From positions 25,901-89,900 of the forward strand of contig MGWR01000041.1 in assembly GCA_001801085.1 (NCBI GenBank): a stretch of 64,000 bases of DNA, given 5' to 3'. A program made the translations under genes and the position numbers. Origin of the DNA: Gallionellales bacterium GWA2_60_142 (GTDB lineage: Bacteria; Pseudomonadota; Gammaproteobacteria; Burkholderiales; Gallionellaceae). Below are positions 58,083 through 64,000 of this stretch, piece after piece. Within the stretch, counting starts at the first letter, position 1, and every line of letters starts with the position of its first letter. Under the pieces are notes generated by a model. The model saw only the letters and a list, made by a program, of their open reading frames with translations. It was not told the DNA's origin and did not search any database.

Positions 58083-59039
58083 TCAGGCTGTGCCGTCGTC
58101 GAGCACGGAGTAACCAAATCCCTCGCTGCCAAAGCTATTGCCGCAATAGAGCATCAGGATGCGGTTGTCTATTTTGAGCAGGTGGGGATAGGCGACCATG
58201 CCGGAATCCCAACCCTCTTGCGAGGGCTCCAGTCCGGCTTTCGAGTCGTCCCTTGTCCAAGTGAGCAGGTCCGGAGATGAGGCGTAACCTATCTTGTAGC
58301 CTCGATCCTTGTGTTCCCTGAACTGGGTTCCGTGCCGGTAAGAGAAGAACATGTGGTACAGCCCGTCCAGTTTGATGATGCTGGCGCTCGTTTGGCACTC
58401 ATCCGGAACTATGGCCGGAATAATCGGCTTCGATTGCCGCTCCCAATTGATGCCATCCTTCGATCTTGCGCACATGAGAAGGTATTGGGAATCCTGTTTG
58501 CTGTCTTCGCTTATCCACTTTATGCCGGACAGGTAAAACATGAACCAGTTGTTCTCGGTAAGCTTGTATACGATCGGACATGCTTGGAGATAGGGTTCGT
58601 GGAGAGACGGTCCCAGCAAAGGGCCGGGGCCGGCCTTCTTGAAGTTGGCGCCGTCGTCGCTGACGGCGAGTCCGATAGCCCAGGCATAGGGAACGGACAC
58701 CCCCCTGGACCATCCGCAGTAATAAAGATGGAACTTGCCGTTGTGTCTGATGACGCTTCCCGCCATCGACCCGTACTCGTCGAACTCACCCCTGCCGCCC
58801 AGGGGGATAATCGGATCTTCCGATATCTCCAGGATTTCAGGGAATCTTTCTTTGGAAAAGTCCACATAGCCGCTGTGACTGATGTACTGTCCTGCGGCAT
58901 CGATCTTTTCGCGGGTGGAAAAATACACCCTGATGCGGTCTTCCAGTTCGAGCGAGTAGGGGACTTGGGCGTGACTGTGCATCCAATATCGGGTCTTATC
59001 CGGCAAAAAGATGAGGCCCTGCTTCCGCCATTTAAACAT
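58083..59039 (-). CDS. Five-bladed beta-propeller glycoside hydrolase-like protein
   Basis: Repeated blades IGLAVSDDG, ARSKDGINW, IGYASSPDLLTW, MVAYP, YCGNSFG. Confidence 0.7.
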   Translation of the reverse strand: MFKWRKQGLIFLPDKTRYWMHSHAQVPYSLELEDRIRVYFSTREKIDAAGQYISHSGYVDFSKERFPEILEISEDPIIPLGGRGEFDEYGSMAGSVIRHNGKFHLYYCGWSRGVSVPYAWAIGLAVSDDGANFKKAGPGPLLGPSLHEPYLQACPIVYKLTENNWFMFYLSGIKWISEDSKQDSQYLLMCARSKDGINWERQSKPIIPAIVPDECQTSASIIKLDGLYHMFFSYRHGTQFREHKDRGYKIGYASSPDLLTWTRDDSKAGLEPSQEGWDSGMVAYPHLLKIDNRILMLYCGNSFGSEGFGYSVLDDGTA

Positions 59040-60042
59040 CGTCGGCTCCCAGTTCTTCGGATGCAGCCTTGTTGATGGCGCGTTCAAGCCAGCGATGCAT
59101 GCTTAATCCGCTTTTTTGGCGGGCGTCCTGCGCCAACTTTTTGGTGTTTGGGGTTACGCCTTCGATATTCCCGTAGTATCTCGTGCGATGGGTGCCTCCT
59201 CTGGGGCCGGGTATCTCGAAGTCGAGGTTCGCATAAGGCTCTCCTTCGCCCACATCGAAGCTGATCACATAAAACACCCCGCCTATGATCCATTCCACTT
59301 TTACATTCCTGGCTTCGATTGGCAGGTGTTGCAGGGGAAGATCGTAACGGTAGTGTGGATTCGAGTTCATCAACACCTTACCGAACTCGGTTTCGCGAAG
59401 CCAGGCAGGCATGTTCTCGTCGCCCACGACGATCCTGCCGCCCGGCTTGGTCACCCTGACCATTTCTGCAAATGCGCGCTTTATATCTCCGAAGGTATTG
59501 AGCCCGCCGAAATGGAACACGCTGTCGAACGAGCGGCTCTTGAATGGAAGATAGGAGCCGTTGGCGAGGGAGAAGTTTATTTCTGGCTTGAATTTCTTTT
59601 CCGAGAATTTGTCGATGGCGATCGATAGAATATCCGGCGATATGTCCTGTAAATACAGACGTCCTTCGCTATTGAGTCTTGCGGCTATCCTTTCGGAATC
59701 CCGGCCGGTTCCGCATCCGACTTCCAAGATGCTTTGGGCGGGTGTGATCTCCAGCAAGTCGATCATGTGATTTCTCTCGGCATCTTCGTCGACACCGAAA
59801 GTTTCAAAAGTCAGCGGGAGATAATCGTCGTAGACTTGGGCATTATCCTTGTACCAATTCAAAGATTGCTGGTCTGATGGCGACGCGGTGCGGGGATAGC
59901 AAAAGTCGGGCAGATGATTTTTCACTGGATACCGTTCAACATCCGAGACGTAATAACCGTCCTCGGGAAGCCCGGCGGCATCCCGGGTTCCTTCAAAAGT
60001 CATATCCTTCAGTGTGTGCGGGCATGCGTATAAGTTCGTCAT
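59032..60042 (-). CDS. Class I SAM methyltransferase (UbiE-like) with N- and C-terminal extensions
   Basis: ILEVGCGTG, QDIS, LPF..FDSVFHFGG, EMVRVTKPGGRIVVGDE. Confidence 0.82.
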   Translation of the reverse strand: MTNLYACPHTLKDMTFEGTRDAAGLPEDGYYVSDVERYPVKNHLPDFCYPRTASPSDQQSLNWYKDNAQVYDDYLPLTFETFGVDEDAERNHMIDLLEITPAQSILEVGCGTGRDSERIAARLNSEGRLYLQDISPDILSIAIDKFSEKKFKPEINFSLANGSYLPFKSRSFDSVFHFGGLNTFGDIKRAFAEMVRVTKPGGRIVVGDENMPAWLRETEFGKVLMNSNPHYRYDLPLQHLPIEARNVKVEWIIGGVFYVISFDVGEGEPYANLDFEIPGPRGGTHRTRYYGNIEGVTPNTKKLAQDARQKSGLSMHRWLERAINKAASEELGADDV

Positions 60043-60107
60043 ATTTTCAGGTGCTCAAAATTACAATTGATGGCCGATTTCGGTTCGCCGAGATATTGCG
60101 ATTTTAA

Positions 60108-60683
60108 CTACCGGGCGGCGGCGTGAATGTTCTCAAGCGTGGTATCCAGCGACGGGTATTCTTCGCGAAGCGCGGAAAATAATTGCAAGTCGATATATTT
60201 CCCGCGAATAAACATGGCCTTTCTCATTGCACCTTCATAAGTGAAGCCCAGCGAGCGTGCGTATGCCAGGTGTTTGTCGTCTGAAATATCCACCAGTGTG
60301 TTGAATTGGATTCTGGGGATCGGATATGTGTAGAAAAGGTAGGCAGTGAATATCTTGACTACCTCGGCAATGAGGCCGCGTCCTCTTTTGGTCTGATCGA
60401 ATATGTTAAATCCGATCTCGAGTCCCTCGGCATAAGGGAGGGACCGAAAATACCAGATCACGCCGACTAGCTCGGAATCTTCTTTGGCGATGATTTTAAG
60501 CATGCCATATGTCTCATCCCACAGGCCGGTTTCGTCAAAACGCTTCTCCCAGTACTGCCTGGTACGTATCTTGGTGGTGAAATATTTCGATACGCCTTCG
60601 TACTGGCTGGCTTTGCTGTGGATTTCAGCAATGTCATCTTTGGCGAGCTGTCTAAGTAGTACATTTTTCCCGTCAATATTCAT
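60108..60683 (-). CDS. GNAT acetyltransferase, RimJ/RimL family
   Basis: VLLRQL, EIGFNI...RGRG, LGFTYEGAMRK. Confidence 0.82.
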   Translation of the reverse strand: MNIDGKNVLLRQLAKDDIAEIHSKASQYEGVSKYFTTKIRTRQYWEKRFDETGLWDETYGMLKIIAKEDSELVGVIWYFRSLPYAEGLEIGFNIFDQTKRGRGLIAEVVKIFTAYLFYTYPIPRIQFNTLVDISDDKHLAYARSLGFTYEGAMRKAMFIRGKYIDLQLFSALREEYPSLDTTLENIHAAAR

Positions 60684-60692
60684 AATCGCCGC

Positions 60693-61850
60693 CTATAAGG
60701 TAATGAGTTCTTTTTCGATAGGATAGTAAATATGCGACAAGCCGGATGCGGCCTGTAGCCTTTTGCCAAGATGTTGCCTGTAATAAGGGTTGACCAGAAA
60801 CACCAGCAAGGCATTCTGCAAGATGCCCGATTCTTGAGCTTTATCGAATCCCATGACGCGTCCGTCCGTACTTGTGGTGAAGTCATCGATGAAGTATTCG
60901 ATACAGTCAAAGTTCTGTGTGTATGCGTTGAATACTTTGCTCAATTCCCCATATCCGAACGCCACTATCCTTTTATGCCCCTTGAATTTCGATATGACTT
61001 CGTCGAAGGAGCGGAAAATGTCGATCATCAGGTGCGGATTCTCGTTGTCGAGATAGTCCGGCTTTCTGCCTGTGGCTTGCGACTGACCTGTGTTCTTCTT
61101 CAGGAGCACGGCATTGGCAACTTGATAGCTTTTGTATCCGATCTCTTGTTTCAGAACGGTGAGGCCAGCTTCTTCCGCCAAATATTTTAAATGGCCGAGC
61201 CGCATGTGGAACAAGTGGTCTACGAAGCAGACATCGTAATTAAATTGCTCCTGGGTCGGATAGATCAGGAGTGCAACGCCTTCTGTATTCAGCAGGTTGG
61301 CTGTTTTTATCAAGAATAATTTGGGATCAGGCAGATGTTCGAATACATTGACTGCCAGTACGACATCGAATGTCTCCTTGGAATCGTAGGATTCAATTCC
61401 TGTGTTTTCCAAGTGGCAATTTGGACAGTTCTTGCTCGCCAATTCAAACAAATAACGGCTCGGCTCCAACCCGACTTTTCTCTTACCTTTGAGTCTGTTT
61501 AATAGTCGGCCATCTCCGCAACCTATTTCTAAAACAGATCGCATCGGGCCAAGGTGGGGGCCGGCTATGGTGTTTATCCACTCCTCGATCAGGCTGCTGA
61601 AAGCAACTGTCTGATCGCCGTTCAGAACCGATGTAATCACATCGGACTCGGCTTTCCTGTAGCTTTCCTGATAGAAGGATTCAAGAAAATCCGTATTGGC
61701 TGATCGTACTAAGCCGCACACTTCACATTGTATTTTTTCTAACGGGAAGGACGATGTTCTAAGGTCGGTCGTCAGGCCTGTTCGATGGCTGATTGCAGGC
61801 GAGTGGGCGAGGCTTCCACAAACCGGGCATGCGGCAAGTTGGTTAAGCAT
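60693..61850 (-). CDS. SAM methyltransferase with N-terminal Zn-binding motif (sugar C-methyltransferase-like architecture)
   Basis: CPVCG..CEVCG, VLEIGCGDG, VFEHLPDP, DHLFH, C-terminal Rossmann-like AFGYG..FIDD. Confidence 0.75.
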   Translation of the reverse strand: MLNQLAACPVCGSLAHSPAISHRTGLTTDLRTSSFPLEKIQCEVCGLVRSANTDFLESFYQESYRKAESDVITSVLNGDQTVAFSSLIEEWINTIAGPHLGPMRSVLEIGCGDGRLLNRLKGKRKVGLEPSRYLFELASKNCPNCHLENTGIESYDSKETFDVVLAVNVFEHLPDPKLFLIKTANLLNTEGVALLIYPTQEQFNYDVCFVDHLFHMRLGHLKYLAEEAGLTVLKQEIGYKSYQVANAVLLKKNTGQSQATGRKPDYLDNENPHLMIDIFRSFDEVISKFKGHKRIVAFGYGELSKVFNAYTQNFDCIEYFIDDFTTSTDGRVMGFDKAQESGILQNALLVFLVNPYYRQHLGKRLQAASGLSHIYYPIEKELITL

Positions 61851-61925
61851 GGTTCGGCAATGGTGTCATGGCGCTGAGTTGAGCGGTGCGTCCCATTTTT
61901 TTGGCCTTTGGAAAAGTGACGATGG

Positions 61926-62606
61926 TTACAGGTCCGAGAATCGGGAAATCCGTAAGAATTGCCGGCTGGTCAGTCGTTGTGGCTTTGTACTTTCAACTAC
62001 AAAGACTTGTTCATCCTCTGCGGATTTCGTTACCAGGGAGTTTGCGCCGAAGAAGCATTCGGCCCCGATTTTGATGCTGTTACCAAGAGTGCTGTTCACG
62101 GCGAAGAAGCAGTTTTTTCCAATGGAAACAGCGCCGGAAATTTTGGATGAGGAGGTCAGCCAGCAGTTGTCCCCGACCGTCGAGTGGTGTCCTATCATCG
62201 CGCCGCTCCAGACGAACACATTGTCACCGAGCCTGACGCAGGGGTGGATATGCACCTGATTCATTATGAAGCAGTTGTCGCCGTGAACGCAGTCGGATGG
62301 CAAGCCGGAGTCGGGATGCACGTAGGAGATCAGGGTGTAGCCGAGCCGGCGCGCCTGGGCACATCGCTCTTCGCGCAACGTATTCATGTCCTGATAGCCG
62401 AGGGCGACGAACATGTCGTGCGTTTCGGGGGGATGGCTGTGTGCGATTTCGTCGAACGGGATCACGGGGAGGTCGTGCCATTCCGCGCCTGGCATGTAGT
62501 CTCTGTCGGTGGTGCATGCCACGACCCGGCGGTCGCTATAGTGTGTGAAGAAATAAAGAAGAACCTCTGCAATTTTGCCGGTGCCGAAAAGAATGATAGG
62601 CTTCAT
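61926..62606 (-). CDS. Hexapeptide-repeat acyltransferase (NeuD/PglD/VioB-like)
   Basis: IILFGTGKIAE, MFVALGY, YVHP, IGHHSTVGDNCW left-handed beta-helix repeats. Confidence 0.85.
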   Translation of the reverse strand: MKPIILFGTGKIAEVLLYFFTHYSDRRVVACTTDRDYMPGAEWHDLPVIPFDEIAHSHPPETHDMFVALGYQDMNTLREERCAQARRLGYTLISYVHPDSGLPSDCVHGDNCFIMNQVHIHPCVRLGDNVFVWSGAMIGHHSTVGDNCWLTSSSKISGAVSIGKNCFFAVNSTLGNSIKIGAECFFGANSLVTKSAEDEQVFVVESTKPQRLTSRQFLRISRFSDL

Positions 62607-62695
62607 GAGTTGGATCGCGGTGACCAGTGTTTGGCGCGCAATCCTACTCCGACAATTGTCGGTAGTAAATTCCATAACAGTATGCAAGAGCCAGT

Positions 62696-62923
62696 ATGTC
62701 GATAGAAAAAATCTTTACCGAAGTATTTTCCCTTCCCGAATCCGGTGTGGCGGACGCCCTTATGCTGAAGGATATTCCGACTTGGGATTCCCTGGCGCAC
62801 ATGATGCTGATCGTGCGGCTTGAAGAGACCTATGGGGTGCAATTCACCGGGGACGAGATCGCGGATATCCAGTCCGTAGCCGATGTGCGGTCGGCCTTGC
62901 AGGCGCACGGTATCCAGTCATGA
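62696..62923 (+). CDS. Acyl carrier protein
   Basis: 75 aa, acidic, WDSLAH phosphopantetheine site, LEETYGVQF. Confidence 0.88.
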   Translation: MSIEKIFTEVFSLPESGVADALMLKDIPTWDSLAHMMLIVRLEETYGVQFTGDEIADIQSVADVRSALQAHGIQS

Positions 62924-63672
62924 ATATCGGCAGCGCTTGCGTGCTGGTGACCGGAGGAGGTTCCGGGATCGGTCGCGCGCTGGTTGACCGGCTGGTCGGG
63001 GATGGCGCGCAAGTGTGTGTGCTGGAATTGGACCCGGCGCGTTGTGCTGATCTGGTCGAGGCATCGGGCGGGCGCGTTAAGGCATGGGGCTGCGACGTAT
63101 CCGATCCGGACGCGGTGGATGCGGCGCTGCAGGCGATGCTCGATGCGGGATATAAGCCGGATGTGCTGATCAACAACGCCGGCATCATCCATAGCGAACC
63201 GCTGGTGAATATGCTGTCGCGCGGCGATAGGGTGCATTCGCGGGAATCATGGCGGCGCGTGATGTCTGCCGATCTGGATTCCGTTTTTTATGTGACGGGC
63301 CGGGTTGTGGACAACATGCTTGCCAGGCGCTGCAAGGGGGTTGTGATTTCGATCAGTTCCATTTCGGCCAACGGGAATGCCGGACAATCCGCTTATTCTG
63401 CCGCCAAGGCGGGAGTGAATGCATTGACGCGAACCTGGGCGAAGGAGTTGGGGGCGTTCGGATTGCGTTTCGCCGCCATTGCTCCCGGGTTCATCGATAC
63501 TCCCTCTACGCGGGCGGCCCTCAGCGAGAGTGCGGTGGATCGTTTGCAGAAGCAGATTCCGCTGCGCCGTCTGGGCGATGTGGAGAGCATCTACCTTTCG
63601 GTTCGGCATGTTGTTGAAAACGACTACCTCACCGGTGTCGTGCTTGAGGTCGATGGTGGTTTGGTGATTTGA
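62920..63672 (+). CDS. SDR oxidoreductase (3-oxoacyl-ACP reductase-like)
   Basis: TGGGSGIG, LINNAG, ISSIS, YSAAK, IAPGFIDT, VDGG. Confidence 0.9.
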   Translation: MNIGSACVLVTGGGSGIGRALVDRLVGDGAQVCVLELDPARCADLVEASGGRVKAWGCDVSDPDAVDAALQAMLDAGYKPDVLINNAGIIHSEPLVNMLSRGDRVHSRESWRRVMSADLDSVFYVTGRVVDNMLARRCKGVVISISSISANGNAGQSAYSAAKAGVNALTRTWAKELGAFGLRFAAIAPGFIDTPSTRAALSESAVDRLQKQIPLRRLGDVESIYLSVRHVVENDYLTGVVLEVDGGLVI

Positions 63673-63685
63673 CGGGCGACTTCTG

Positions 63686-64000
63686 ATGGCTTTCGTTTCG
63701 AATCTCGATATCGCTTTCAGGGACGTTGCAGAACGGCACCGGGATCGGATTGCGCTGGCTTACCCGGCTGACGGCGAGCGAATCAGCTATGGGGAATTGA
63801 GCAGGCGGGTGGATCGGATCGCCGGCTTGCTGTGGGATCGCGGCCTGCGCCGCGGGGACGTGGTGGCGATTTTCCACGACAAGTCGCCTGCCGCCTTTGC
63901 CGCCATGCTTGCGTGCCTCAGGATTGGCGTCATTTACGCCAATCTTGACCCGGATAGCCCGTGGGAGCGGTTGCACAAGATACTCGCGACTTGCCGGCCC
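63686..64000 (+). CDS. AMP-binding/amino-acid adenylation enzyme (3' truncated by window edge)
   Basis: Manual translation MAFVSNLDIAFRDVAERHRDRIAL..ISYGELSRR..GLRRGDVVAI..AMLACLRIGVIYANLDPDSPWERL; open to the window end. Confidence 0.8.
   Translation, partial: MAFVSNLDIAFRDVAERHRDRIALAYPADGERISYGELSRRVDRIAGLLWDRGLRRGDVVAIFHDKSPAAFAAMLACLRIGVIYANLDPDSPWERLHKILATCRP

Noticed and set aside
61413-61427. CPNCH (CxxCH) in the 60693-61850 methyltransferase as a heme c site
   Set aside because: The protein has no signal peptide or TM segment and the motif sits inside the SAM-binding fold, so it is probably chance.

Overview
High-GC betaproteobacterial chromosomal window. The gene content resembles Gallionellaceae/Nitrosomonadales, but that is inference only. 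It holds an essentially complete flagellar supercluster: the end of cheB, flhBAFG-fliA-motAB, flgNMA, flgB-L, fliR-F, fliE, two ycgR paralogs, a second fliK-like/flhB-C-like pair, fliTSD-flaG-fliC, a PAS histidine kinase/NarL-type regulator/GGDEF operon and fliW. It ends in a lower-GC flagellin glycosylation island (GT41 TPR transferase, VioA, WbqC, four methyltransferases, dioxygenase, acyltransferases, ACP, SDR, adenylation enzyme). The most unusual element lies between cheB and flhB. An HsbA-like STAS gene is flanked by two HsbR-like PP2C phosphatase/Ser-kinase fusions that lack a receiver domain. One carries a periplasmic CxxCH c-heme sensor and the other an Aer-type PAS sensor, suggesting a dual redox-sensing partner switch acting on FlgM/FliA. 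Other observations: a conserved class-2 promoter architecture, three sigma-28 promoters, apparently leaderless ycgR promoters, duplicated domains in FlgE and FlgK, a 9-bp VNTR in fliK and a cluster of REP-like elements upstream of flagellin. No rRNA, tRNA, CRISPR or transposase was recognised.
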